33,745 nucleotides of DNA from Candidatus Nanohaloarchaea archaeon (GTDB lineage: Archaea > Nanohalarchaeota > Nanosalinia > Nanosalinales > Nanosalinaceae), in NCBI GenBank assembly GCA_041639695.1, contig JBEQBQ010000012.1, positions 1 through 33,745 of the forward strand, read 5' to 3'. Made by a program: the position numbers and the translations under genes. Of this stretch, positions 9,034 through 17,658 are shown piece after piece. The notes under the pieces were generated by a model. The model did not search any database and had not been told where the DNA came from. It worked only from the letters and a program-made list of their open reading frames with translations. How positions within the stretch are numbered: the stretch's first letter is position 1; each line of letters opens with the position of its first letter.

Positions 9034-9630
9034 ATGTCGGATAACCCCGAGGACTTCTATTCTGATGCAGCAGAAGAGTTCTCTCAGGACTATTCTATCG
9101 AGAACATGCCAGAAAAGTACGTAGAATTATTGGAACGTTTCGTAAAACTTGTTGGATCAGGCAGGGTTCTTGATGCCGGATGCGGACATGGAAGGGATGT
9201 AGAGTATTTCGAGAAAAATGGTTTGGACGCTCTAGGTATAGATCTCGCAGGCGCTATGATAGCCCACGCCGAGCAGAGCAAGAAAGGAGATTTCAGGGTT
9301 ATGGACATCAGAGACCTTGATCTCGAGGATAACGAGTTTAAAGGAGTCTGGTGCAACACGGTAACACAGTTATTTCCCCCGGAGATAATGAAGAGTATCA
9401 TCAAAGAACTTTCAAGGGTTTTAGAGAAAGATGGCGTTCTTTACATTACTTTCAAGATCGGAGAGGGTTCCATAACCAGAGAAGGTTACGGCGATGAAGT
9501 GAAACAGTACTTAGTATCAAGGAAAGAGGGCCGACAGAAGGTTGTGTCCGAAAAGCTTGAAATTATTGAAGAAGAAAAATCTGAGGTGAACGGGCAGAAA
9601 GTTCTACACCTTTTCTGCAGGAAAAAATGA
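9034..9630 (+). CDS. Class I SAM-dependent methyltransferase
   Basis: VLDAGCGHGRD, GIDL, VMDIRDLD, FKGVWC, RVLEKDG. Confidence 0.92.
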   Translation: MSDNPEDFYSDAAEEFSQDYSIENMPEKYVELLERFVKLVGSGRVLDAGCGHGRDVEYFEKNGLDALGIDLAGAMIAHAEQSKKGDFRVMDIRDLDLEDNEFKGVWCNTVTQLFPPEIMKSIIKELSRVLEKDGVLYITFKIGEGSITREGYGDEVKQYLVSRKEGRQKVVSEKLEIIEEEKSEVNGQKVLHLFCRKK

Positions 9631-10202
9631 TCGACACACTACTCAAGACTCTGGAACTTAAGGACGAGAAACGTACAGGCCAAGAAATCTACAGTATCGA
9701 TGATCCTGATTCTATCGCAGGCCATTCATGGACCGTAGTAATTCTTACGATGATGTTTGGAGAGGGAGAGGACATAAACATGGAGAAGGCTTTGAAGATC
9801 GCTGCCATACATGATCTAGCTGAAGCCGAAACAGGCGATATCGCGAAGAGAGCCGACGAGGACAAACAAGAGATTTCAGACGAGGAGAAAGAAGTGAAGG
9901 AGTTCGAGGCAATAACCGATGTCTCTGAAGAACTAAGGTCACACGAAATCCGGATGCTCTGGAAAGAATACGAGGACTGCGAAACACCGGAAGCCCAACT
10001 AGTCAGCGACATGGACCATATCGAGAAGTGTCTGACCGCGTTGAAGAATGAAAAAGATGGAAACTATGATCCGGAAGATAACGATACAGGTTTCGAGAAC
10101 CTTGACGAGTTCTTCGAGACAGCCGAGGGCAAGTTCAAAACCGGGTTCGGAGAAGAGCTTTTCGAAGAGATAAAATCGCGTTACGAGGATGAGAAAAAAT
10201 GA
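9627..10202 (+). CDS. HD-domain phosphohydrolase (YfbR/HDDC2-like)
   Basis: LKDEKRTG, SIAGHS, IHDLAEAETGDI, LWKEYE, TPEAQLVSDMD. Confidence 0.9.
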   Translation: MIDTLLKTLELKDEKRTGQEIYSIDDPDSIAGHSWTVVILTMMFGEGEDINMEKALKIAAIHDLAEAETGDIAKRADEDKQEISDEEKEVKEFEAITDVSEELRSHEIRMLWKEYEDCETPEAQLVSDMDHIEKCLTALKNEKDGNYDPEDNDTGFENLDEFFETAEGKFKTGFGEELFEEIKSRYEDEKK

Positions 10203-10771
10203 TATCAGAAGACATCGATTTCATCCTTGAGTCTTACAACGTCAAGGACGAGGTCCGAACAGGTTGGCTTTTCAAAGGAATTAGAGACCCTGAGTCAGTT
10301 GCCTCACACGTATGGGGCGTCAAGTTCCTATGCCTTCTTTACGCCGAAGAAGAGGGAGTGGATGAAGGGAAAGCTGTGAAGATGGCGGTTGTCCAGGATC
10401 TTCCTGAAGCCAAGACCGGCGACCTGGTCTCGGAGAAACATGCCGAACGTTACGAGCTAACGGACGAGGAGAAGGAGCATAAAGAACGTGAGGCGATGCA
10501 TGACCTTCCTCCTGAAGAGCGTTTCGATGAGATTATTGAACTCTGGGAAGAATACCAGGAAAGAGATACTAAGACGGCAAAGTTCGTGAAGGATATGGAC
10601 ATGATCGACATGTGCTTCCAGGCATTAAAGTACGAGATCGAACATCGCCGCTCACCAGAGAAGTCGATGGACGAGTTCTTCGAGTTCACCGAACCACGAC
10701 TAAATACCGATACGGGAAAAGAGCTCTTCGACAAACTCAAATCTAGATATGAGGAAGAAAAAGAATCTTGA
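10199..10771 (+). CDS. HD-domain phosphohydrolase paralog with HD->QD substitution
   Basis: RTGW, ESVASH, VVQDLPEAKTGDL, LWEEYQ, AKFVKDMD; end-to-end similarity to the upstream gene. Confidence 0.88.
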   Translation: MISEDIDFILESYNVKDEVRTGWLFKGIRDPESVASHVWGVKFLCLLYAEEEGVDEGKAVKMAVVQDLPEAKTGDLVSEKHAERYELTDEEKEHKEREAMHDLPPEERFDEIIELWEEYQERDTKTAKFVKDMDMIDMCFQALKYEIEHRRSPEKSMDEFFEFTEPRLNTDTGKELFDKLKSRYEEEKES

Positions 10772-10794
10772 ATGAACAGTTCTAAGGAGCTTAT

Positions 10795-11175
10795 ATGAAA
10801 GGGCCTAGTGTGATTTCAAAAGATGAAGCCAACAATTTCGAGAAATCTAACGTTGAGCTGTTCGACTACTTTGGCGAGGACGCTGAAGAAGCAGATATTC
10901 TACGAGTTAGCTGCGAAGAAGGCCATCTAGAGGAGTTTTATGACGATAAAAGTACTTTTCTCTACTTCATTATTGAGGGGAAGGGAACCTTTTACCTAGA
11001 CGAGAAGCCGAAGGATGTGGAGAAAGGCGATCTTGTAGTAGCCCCGCCAAAAACTAAGATATACTACTTAGGTGATATGGAGCTACTCTTAGTTTGTTCT
11101 CCGCCCTGGTCAGAGGAAAACGAACACAGCGTCCGATACCTCAACAAAGAAGGAGAAACTGTTGAGAAAGAGTAG
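10795..11175 (+). CDS. Cupin-domain protein
   Basis: YFIIEGKGTFYLD...VEKGDLVVAPP...LLVCSPPW cupin signature. Confidence 0.85.
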   Translation: MKGPSVISKDEANNFEKSNVELFDYFGEDAEEADILRVSCEEGHLEEFYDDKSTFLYFIIEGKGTFYLDEKPKDVEKGDLVVAPPKTKIYYLGDMELLLVCSPPWSEENEHSVRYLNKEGETVEKE

Positions 11176-11219
11176 TTATAAGATGGTTTCCCGAATAAAG
11201 TTTCTATACTAGTTAGTGT

Positions 11220-11305
11220 GCCGGAGTGACTGAGTGGCTAAAGGTGCCGGTCTTGAGAACCGGTGAGGCACACGCCTCTCCTGGGTTCAAATCCCAGCTC
11301 CGGCG
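11220..11305 (+). tRNA. tRNA-Ser (anticodon TGA)
   Basis: Acceptor GCCGGAG/CTCCGGC; anticodon arm CCGGT-CT TGA GA-ACCGG; long variable arm GAGGC..GCCTC; T arm CTGGG TTCAAAT CCCAG; G73; no encoded CCA. Confidence 0.97.
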
Positions 11306-11306
11306 A

Positions 11307-11320
11307 CCCTTTCTTTTTCT
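11307..11320 (+). terminator. U-rich terminator after tRNA-Ser
   Basis: CCCTTTCTTTTTCT directly after the tRNA. Confidence 0.55.
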
Positions 11321-11364
11321 AGACCTGAAAACTGTTTTAAACTAGAATTCAGTAGAGTTTACGT

Positions 11365-11778
11365 ATGGTTAAGACTGCCGAGGAGCTGATGGATGAACCC
11401 GATTTCATCGAGGCCGATGCATCGATAGAGAAAGTGGAGAAAGAGTTCGAAGGATCGGAAAACACTTTAATCGTAAGAAGGGATGGCGAGCTCGTCGGCG
11501 AGATACATGAAAACTCTCTTCTCAAACTTTTGATTCCTGAGGAAAGGCTTGACGAGGAAAAAGTTATCGGGATTATAGGTTTCTCCTTCGATCAAAGCTA
11601 CGTGGCTGAAAAAGCAGAGGATCTTGCTTCAAGACACGAAGTCACAGTTCCTAAGGACGAGGAAATAGGGGAGATCGCGTTTTTGATGGACCGTGAAGAT
11701 GTAAGATCTTTACCTGTAGAAGATGAAGGGGAAATTGTGGGAGTAATACATGAGAATCGTTTGATGGAGGAGATCTAA
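11365..11778 (+). CDS. CBS-domain pair protein
   Basis: TAEELM, GELVGEI, AEDLA, RSLPV..EGEIVGVI; directly upstream of the antiporter. Confidence 0.88.
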   Translation: MVKTAEELMDEPDFIEADASIEKVEKEFEGSENTLIVRRDGELVGEIHENSLLKLLIPEERLDEEKVIGIIGFSFDQSYVAEKAEDLASRHEVTVPKDEEIGEIAFLMDREDVRSLPVEDEGEIVGVIHENRLMEEI

Positions 11779-12984
11779 ATGGCTGCAGGACTATCAACTA
11801 ACACTTTATTTGCTTTAGCCACGGTTCTATCTGTTTCATTTATTGTAGGAGAACTATTCGAGAGAATAGGCCTTGAATCGATAATTGGATACATCGTTTC
11901 AGGATTGATGCTAGGACCCGGAATCCAGAACATAGCACCACACGTGCCGTTTCTCGAGAGCTCGATGGCTATCTCAGCTTCCTCACTCGCAGGTTTCGGG
12001 ACTATCGGCGCTACACTAATCCTTTTCCAGGCAGGCCTAAGAGAGGAGAATGCGGCAGACATCTTCAGACATGAGAAAGGTCTTGACTTAGGGGTCGGTG
12101 TGCTCGTCGGCTCATTCACGTTCATACTTGCAGCCCTCCTGATGTTCCCCGAGGTCTTGGGACTTGAATCGATTCAGGCCGCAGTTTTTGTCGCACTCGG
12201 ATACTCGATGGTCGATATCGGGGTTCCATCAAAGATCATGCTTTCGAAAGGTTTGATGAGAGAAAAAATTGGGCCTTACACGATTAAATCGTCTGTAATT
12301 AACGTTACAGCCGGTTTCGGAATACTTACAACTCTGGTATTGATTTCTTCCGCTTCAGTAGGCGATCTCGCAGTTAAGTTAGGCGGAATCTTTGGCTTCG
12401 CACTAGTTTTCTACCTGCTACACGAGTTCATCCACCAGCTCGATGACTACATCATAATGTTCGAGGAGACGGAGGCACAGTTCGCTATAACCTTCGCACT
12501 CCTCTTATTCATGGCATACTTCACCGAGTCCGTAGGACTTTCGAGCGTGATAGGTGCATTCTTCGCAGGAGTAATTATCTCAAGAAGCGAGTTCTCAGAA
12601 TCAAGATCGTTCCAGGACAAGATACAGGCCATCGGCATGGGACTTTTCATCCCACTGTTCTTCGCATGGTTCGGTTTAGGACTTCAAATATTCGGTTCCG
12701 GCGGAATGCTTGCAAATATCGAGGCCGCAACATTCCTCTTCCTGCTTTCGACAGTCTCAAAGCTGGGTATCGGCTACGCGATCACAAAGTACCATGGCGT
12801 GAAGAAGTCGATGACTGTTGCGGGATCGCTTCTAAGCCTAGATATCGAGACACTGGTAGTTATCCTGATCGGTATCGATCTCGGGATACTGGGAACAGAG
12901 ATGCTTCAGATCTTCGCACCTTCAGTACTGTTCTCAACGATAACAATCGTCGGGATATACTTTATCTTGGAGAGGAAGAGTTAG
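11779..12984 (+). CDS. Cation:proton antiporter (CPA2, Kef/NapA-like)
   Basis: About 12 TM segments; IIGYIVSGLMLGPG, LILFQAGL, GLSSVIGAFFAGV, GLFIPLFFAWFG. Confidence 0.92.
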   Translation: MAAGLSTNTLFALATVLSVSFIVGELFERIGLESIIGYIVSGLMLGPGIQNIAPHVPFLESSMAISASSLAGFGTIGATLILFQAGLREENAADIFRHEKGLDLGVGVLVGSFTFILAALLMFPEVLGLESIQAAVFVALGYSMVDIGVPSKIMLSKGLMREKIGPYTIKSSVINVTAGFGILTTLVLISSASVGDLAVKLGGIFGFALVFYLLHEFIHQLDDYIIMFEETEAQFAITFALLLFMAYFTESVGLSSVIGAFFAGVIISRSEFSESRSFQDKIQAIGMGLFIPLFFAWFGLGLQIFGSGGMLANIEAATFLFLLSTVSKLGIGYAITKYHGVKKSMTVAGSLLSLDIETLVVILIGIDLGILGTEMLQIFAPSVLFSTITIVGIYFILERKS

Positions 12985-13038
12985 CCTAAAAGTTTGATTC
13001 TTAAAGGTTAAACCCTCTTCTTCATCTACGGAAAGTAT

Positions 13039-13141
13039 AGCCCCCTGGTGTAGTGGCCAAAGCTCTTGAGGATTAGCTCAGGGCGGCAATTCATGAGAGG
13101 CCCTGGCCCTCTCGACGCAGGTTCGAATCCTGCGGGGGCTA
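13039..13141 (+). tRNA. tRNA-Gln (CTG) with 30-nt D-loop intron (13061-13090)
   Basis: Acceptor AGCCCCC/GGGGGCT with A1-U72 as in archaeal Gln. Removing 13061-13090 restores the D arm GTGTAGTGGCCAATCAT. Anticodon arm AGAGG-CC CTG GC-CCTCT; T arm GCAGG TTCGAAT CCTGC. Confidence 0.9.
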
Positions 13142-13153
13142 AACAGTTCTTAT

Positions 13154-13606
13154 TCAGAAAATTATTTTCTCCTTCAGCTCTTCCCTTAACTCTTTCATAT
13201 CGAGCGGTAATTCGGTTGGGTCAAGGAATATTATGTCTTCGATTACCGGGCCCATGCATTCTGCTTGGAGGTATCTCTGTACTTTGCTTTTCCTGTCTCC
13301 CGGCGAAAGATTGGTTTCTACTTCGTAGATGTGGGCTGTGTCCGCATCGATTACGTCGACTATCCAGCCGTTCGGAATTTCTACCTCGGTTCTTACTTCG
13401 TGGCCTTCCTCCGCCAGGATGTTGTATAAGGCGGATTTAACCATGAAATGCCTGTATTTGTCTCCGTGCCTGTTTACGCCGGATTTCTTGTTCCATTCTT
13501 TGTGGCCACCGCATTTCTCCACTATACTCATTTTCTGTTTGAACAGTTCTTTCTGGTTCACTTTTACTCCTCTACAAAGGCTTGTTTCTTTCTGTATCCT
13601 TAACAT
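13154..13606 (-). CDS. Putative PD-(D/E)xK restriction-fold nuclease-like protein
   Basis: H.xxK helix (HFMVKSALYNIL), EVRTEVEIPNGWIVDV, IYEVET. Start codon uncertain. Confidence 0.65.
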   Translation of the reverse strand: MLRIQKETSLCRGVKVNQKELFKQKMSIVEKCGGHKEWNKKSGVNRHGDKYRHFMVKSALYNILAEEGHEVRTEVEIPNGWIVDVIDADTAHIYEVETNLSPGDRKSKVQRYLQAECMGPVIEDIIFLDPTELPLDMKELREELKEKIIF

Positions 13607-13615
13607 AGTGTAGGG

Positions 13616-13960
13616 TTAGTTGGCGGCGTCTGCTGTAACGTTTAATTCCGCGGTGTTTTCAGGTATCTCCACATCTATACTGAACCTTCTTCTCTCACCT
13701 GAATCCATGTTTGCAGTTTCGGAGAATTCGTCAAGCACCACTTCGTTCTGGTCTAAGAATTGGGCGGTTACCTCAACTTCTCCCGCAGAACCATTATTCA
13801 GTACTGTCGCAGTTACTGTTGCATCATTCCCGATCAGGCTTTCGAGCGTTCCCTGCTCCAAGCTTGAGCTTTCAACCACAGGTGTTGGAAGTGTTGCACC
13901 GCATCCGGCTGCGACAACCGGCAAAGCCAAGGCCAGTAAAACTCCTGTCCGTGTTTCCAT
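13616..13960 (-). CDS. Lipoprotein with FxLYD-like Ig domain
   Basis: Hydrophobic signal with lipobox AAGC; VTATVLNNG...VEVTAQFLDQNEVVLD...MDSGERRRFSI. Confidence 0.75.
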   Translation of the reverse strand: METRTGVLLALALPVVAAGCGATLPTPVVESSSLEQGTLESLIGNDATVTATVLNNGSAGEVEVTAQFLDQNEVVLDEFSETANMDSGERRRFSIDVEIPENTAELNVTADAAN

Positions 13961-14074
13961 ACCTTGTTAACAGGTCGAGCCTAAAAATCGATTGTTCTAC
14001 CGATTAACCCGTTTTAGAGAACAAGGAAAACTGAGGTTTCTTAAGAGTTCAAACCACTCAGTCCTACAGAGTTC

Positions 14075-14178
14075 AGCCCCCTGGTGTAGTGGCCAATCCA
14101 AACTAAGATTTCCTGGTTTGGGGCAATTCATAGCGGCCTTTGGAGCCGCTGACCCAGGTTCGAATCCTGGGGGGGCTA
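14075..14178 (+). tRNA. tRNA-Gln (TTG) with 31-nt D-loop intron (14097-14127)
   Basis: Acceptor AGCCCCC/GGGGGCT; anticodon arm GCGGC-CT TTG GA-GCCGC; T arm CCAGG TTCGAAT CCTGG; intron hairpin CCAAACTA..TGGTTTGG. Confidence 0.93.
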
Positions 14179-14189
14179 AAACTAATTTT

Positions 14190-14741
14190 TCAGAAATGTG
14201 TGGACGTCCTACCCGAACTACGTCCAAATGTTGTGACAGCATACATGATGTCCTCCATTTTATCCATGTCTTCGTCTATACTGCCCTTTTGGACATGTTG
14301 AGATACTGCGTCGATACCGTATTCAGTATCTTTTTTCTTCTCAAAGTAATGTTCCATGGCCGGATTGACTGCGTTTTCGAACAGGTATCCGCCTAGGTCC
14401 ATGATAGTTTGGTCGTTTTGGTTTGATTGTCTTGTTTCCTCGACAAGTTCGTCAGTTCCGAAAAAACCTTTGGAAACCTCCTCATCTCCTATATAGTCCT
14501 CAATATTGACAGCGAATTGCTGTCTCTGTATACGTCCTAGTTGCATTAAACCTTCTAGTGTTTTATTGAGGTGGCGGTCTTGGGCGTTGTCGGCCACTAA
14601 CCCTGACTGAAGAGCGTGCATGTTTGATACTGCTTCTTCGATTCCGTCAATTTTTAGATCCTTGGCTTCTGAATAGACTTTTCTAAATGCCTCTGTCGCT
14701 TTTTCTTCGTCATAGTCTTGATGCGTGTCGAACGCGGTCAT
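14190..14741 (-). CDS. Hypothetical acidic helical protein
   Basis: ATG 14741 (MTAFDTHQ) with TTTAAA about 25 nt upstream; host-like amino-acid composition. Confidence 0.7.
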   Translation of the reverse strand: MTAFDTHQDYDEEKATEAFRKVYSEAKDLKIDGIEEAVSNMHALQSGLVADNAQDRHLNKTLEGLMQLGRIQRQQFAVNIEDYIGDEEVSKGFFGTDELVEETRQSNQNDQTIMDLGGYLFENAVNPAMEHYFEKKKDTEYGIDAVSQHVQKGSIDEDMDKMEDIMYAVTTFGRSSGRTSTHF

Positions 14742-14795
14742 AAGTATTATTGCGAGAACCAAAGATTTAAATGTTACCGTGTTATAACAACAGTT

Positions 14796-15158
14796 TCAGT
14801 AGAGGTTTAGCACCGACCTGTCCTCAGAGTCCTCCGAACCGAAAACCTCGTTCAAACCATGGTTTAGATCTTTTCTCATCCGCATCACGGCCTTACGGAA
14901 ACATCCTTTCCTCGAACCCCTAGACTTCGAACAACTTCTATACACCTTGAAATAGGGACTCGAGTAATAGAAGACAGTTATAAACATTAAACCCATGTAA
15001 CCGAATAGAAATGGCGTTGACCTAAAACAGGCCGGATTTGAGACACCAAACTCGACATAGCAGTAACCGAAACCTGTTAAAATTAAAGCTGAGACCGCCA
15101 CAAGAAGCATAGCTGTCAAAGCCAGGAAGCCTTCCTCATCAAGATTTTTAAGCTCCAT
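14796..15158 (-). CDS. Hypothetical small membrane protein (2 TM)
   Basis: Two hydrophobic segments with a Cys pair in the loop and a basic Cys-containing cytoplasmic tail; ATG 15158. Confidence 0.6.
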   Translation of the reverse strand: MELKNLDEEGFLALTAMLLVAVSALILTGFGYCYVEFGVSNPACFRSTPFLFGYMGLMFITVFYYSSPYFKVYRSCSKSRGSRKGCFRKAVMRMRKDLNHGLNEVFGSEDSEDRSVLNLY

Positions 15159-15236
15159 GTAGAACAATTATGACTTTCCGAGTTAAAAACATCTCCCCCC
15201 AGCAGAGTGTTAAAACTTCAGAACCCTTCCAGACTC

Positions 15237-15518
15237 ATGACAAAGGTACGTGCATCACATATACTTGTTGACAACGAAGAACACGCCAAACAGCTAAAAC
15301 TCAAGCTCGACAGAGACGAAGCCACATTTGAAGAACTTGCGAAAGAACACTCAGACTGCCCTTCAAGCGAGAAAGGCGGCGACCTAGGCTTCTTCGGAAG
15401 AGGAAAAATGGCGAAACCGTTCGAAAGAAAAGCGTTCGAGCTTGATGAAGGAGAAATCTCCGAACCTGTAGACACTCAGTTCGGATGGCACCTCATCAAA
15501 AAGACCGGGGAGAAATAA
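15237..15518 (+). CDS. ppiC: Parvulin-type peptidyl-prolyl cis-trans isomerase
   Basis: VRASHILV, FEELAKEHSDCPS, GGDLGFF, M.KPFE..AF, ISEPV.TQFGWHLI; start ATG 15237. Confidence 0.95.
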   Translation: MTKVRASHILVDNEEHAKQLKLKLDRDEATFEELAKEHSDCPSSEKGGDLGFFGRGKMAKPFERKAFELDEGEISEPVDTQFGWHLIKKTGEK

Positions 15519-15530
15519 ACCCGGTCCACC

Positions 15531-15538
15531 TTTATAAA
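15531..15538 (+). promoter_or_regulatory. TATA box of rps13-rps4-rps11-rpoD operon
   Basis: TTTATAAA about 32 nt upstream of ATG 15571. Confidence 0.65.
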
Positions 15539-15570
15539 ATTTAACAGAGATTCTTGAGGTACGGGTTATC

Positions 15571-16053
15571 ATGTCTGAAACACAGGAAGTTGTAAGGATC
15601 GCCAGAACCGGTATCGACGGCACCAAGCCTGTCGGAAAAGCACTGACAGGACTGAAAGGAGTAGGTGACATGTACGCAAACGCAGTCGCCGAGAACCTTG
15701 ACGTCGACGAAGACCAGAAGATGGGAGACCTATCAGAAGAAAAAATTGACGAAATAGAAGAAATGCTAAAGAACCCTGACCAGCTAGAACTACCGAACTG
15801 GATCAGGAACAGAAGAAAAGAAAGAGAAACTGGCGAAAACAACCACCTAATCGAATCCGACCTCGAACTAAAAGAAGAGTTCGACATTAGAAGGATGAAA
15901 GAGATCGAGTCCTACAAAGGTTGGAGACACCAGAACGGACTTCCTGTACGCGGACAGAAGACAAAATCCTCATTCAGATCCGGTTCGAAGATCGGAGTCT
16001 CAAGAGCAAGACTCCAAGAAGAAGCCTCAGAAGGCGGCGGAGACGAGGAGTAG
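15571..16053 (+). CDS. rps13: 30S ribosomal protein S13 (uS13)
   Basis: ALTGLKGVG, PNWIRNRRKE, SYKGWRH..GLPVRGQKTKS. Confidence 0.98.
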   Translation: MSETQEVVRIARTGIDGTKPVGKALTGLKGVGDMYANAVAENLDVDEDQKMGDLSEEKIDEIEEMLKNPDQLELPNWIRNRRKERETGENNHLIESDLELKEEFDIRRMKEIESYKGWRHQNGLPVRGQKTKSSFRSGSKIGVSRARLQEEASEGGGDEE

Positions 16054-16064
16054 AGGTGTAAAAA

Positions 16065-16619
16065 ATGGTAAAGAAACTTAAACAGCAGTACGAGACACCG
16101 AACGAAGGATGGAGCGAAGAAAGAATCAACAGAGAAGACGAGCTCCTAGAAGAATACGGACTGAAAAACAAGAGAGAAGTATACAAAGCAGAATCCAAGC
16201 TAAGAGGATTCAGAAGAGAAGCAAGAAAACTGATCGCTTCCGAAGACGAGGACAGAAGACAGGACCTAGTCAGGAAGACCACGTCACTCGGACTTATCAG
16301 AAGCGACGGTGGACTTGAAGACATTCTAACACTAAATACTACAGACCTTCTTGACAGAAGGCTACAGACAGCTGTCGAAAGAAAAGGCTTCGCCGACACA
16401 GCACTCGAAGCAAGACAGCTAGTCAACCACGGACACGTCGAAATCGACGGGAAAAAAGTAACAGTCCCAGGATACCTTCTCACACAGGAAGAAGAGAAAG
16501 AAATCTCGGTAGAGCTTCCAGAACCGGAAGAAAACGAAGAAGCTGAAGTCGAGGAAGAAACAGAAGCTGAGGAAGGATCCGAAACCGAAGAGGACGAAGA
16601 AGAGGAGGCTGAAGAATAA
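16065..16619 (+). CDS. rps4: 30S ribosomal protein S4 (uS4) with long acidic tail
   Basis: [32 protein letters not shown]. Confidence 0.97.
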   Translation: MVKKLKQQYETPNEGWSEERINREDELLEEYGLKNKREVYKAESKLRGFRREARKLIASEDEDRRQDLVRKTTSLGLIRSDGGLEDILTLNTTDLLDRRLQTAVERKGFADTALEARQLVNHGHVEIDGKKVTVPGYLLTQEEEKEISVELPEPEENEEAEVEEETEAEEGSETEEDEEEEAEE

Positions 16620-17002
16620 TGACAAAGAAAGGTATCGTAAACATCTACTCAAGCTTCAACAACACAATAATCCACATCACTGACGGAACCGGAGCCGAAA
16701 CCATTTCCAGAATTTCGGCAGGAATGGTTACCGACAAAGGAAGGCTACAAGGATCTCCTTTCCCTGCCATGAAGGCAGCCAAACAAGGAGTTGAGGAAGC
16801 TCTTGAGAAAGGAATCGAGAAAGTCGATATCCAGGTAAGAGCTCCTGGCGGACAGAAACAGAAGATGCCAGGAAAAGGCGCACAGCCAGCTATCAGAGCT
16901 ATCTCAAGATCCGATCTTGAAGTCGGAAATATTGAGGACGTTACTCCTGTACCTCACGACGGATGCAAATCCAAGGGAGGAAAGAGAGGAAGAAGGGTCT
17001 AA
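16619..17002 (+). CDS. rps11: 30S ribosomal protein S11 (uS11)
   Basis: [50 protein letters not shown]. Confidence 0.98.
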   Translation: MTKKGIVNIYSSFNNTIIHITDGTGAETISRISAGMVTDKGRLQGSPFPAMKAAKQGVEEALEKGIEKVDIQVRAPGGQKQKMPGKGAQPAIRAISRSDLEVGNIEDVTPVPHDGCKSKGGKRGRRV

Positions 17003-17005
17003 AAA

Positions 17006-17578
17006 ATGGAAGCCGAGACCATTGAAGAAACAGACGACGTTCTAAAAGTCGAAATTTCTGGTATCAACGAAGCTATCGCCAACTCTCTCAGGAGAGCGAT
17101 GATGGTAAAGGTTCCTACACTTGCAGTCGAAGAGCTAGACATCAACGTCAACCAGTCCGCTCTCTACGACGAAATGCTTGCAAACCGTGTAGGACAGGTA
17201 CCTTTCACAATCCCACAGAACGTTGACGAAGGAGACACCGTTCATATTGCTTTGACCCAGGAAGGACCGGGAACAGTTCTTGCCGAGGACCTTAAAGCGG
17301 ATAATGATGAAGCCGAGCCTGTAAATCCTGAGGCCGTTATTGTTGACCTCAAGGAAGATCAGGAAGTTGATTTCGAGGCAACCGCAACGCTTGGAAAGGG
17401 AGAAGAACACGCCAAGCATCAGGGAGGAACAATTGGCTACGAGAAACTGGACGATGGAGAGTTCAGGTTTAGAATTGAATCTACTTCAGGTTACTCGAAC
17501 GAGGAGCTTTTCGAGCAGGCTATTGAAGAGATCAGGAACGAGCTAGATGAGTTCAAGGAAGCTGTCTCCAGCCTCTAA
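17006..17578 (+). CDS. rpoD: RNA polymerase subunit D (Rpo3), lacking the ferredoxin-like domain
   Basis: ANSLRRAMM..VPTLAV, NQSALYDEMLANR, GKGEEHAK, FRFRIESTSG; alpha-operon position. Confidence 0.95.
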   Translation: MEAETIEETDDVLKVEISGINEAIANSLRRAMMVKVPTLAVEELDINVNQSALYDEMLANRVGQVPFTIPQNVDEGDTVHIALTQEGPGTVLAEDLKADNDEAEPVNPEAVIVDLKEDQEVDFEATATLGKGEEHAKHQGGTIGYEKLDDGEFRFRIESTSGYSNEELFEQAIEEIRNELDEFKEAVSSL

Positions 17579-17658
17579 ACCCTTCTTTATTCAATAGTTC
17601 TTTTTACTTCCGAAACTGAATAATTCGACATAAATAGTTTTACTGGTATTGAACATAT

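Noticed and set aside
11220-11305. Selenocysteine/opal suppressor tRNA because of 'TGA'
   Set aside because: TGA is the anticodon, which reads UCA (Ser); normal 7/5 serine tRNA architecture.
13066-14396. ORFs 13066-13440, 13992-14396 and 13997-14242
   Set aside because: They overlap tRNA-Gln genes (GSNP / PGFEPGS tRNA-translation artefacts) and real opposite-strand genes.
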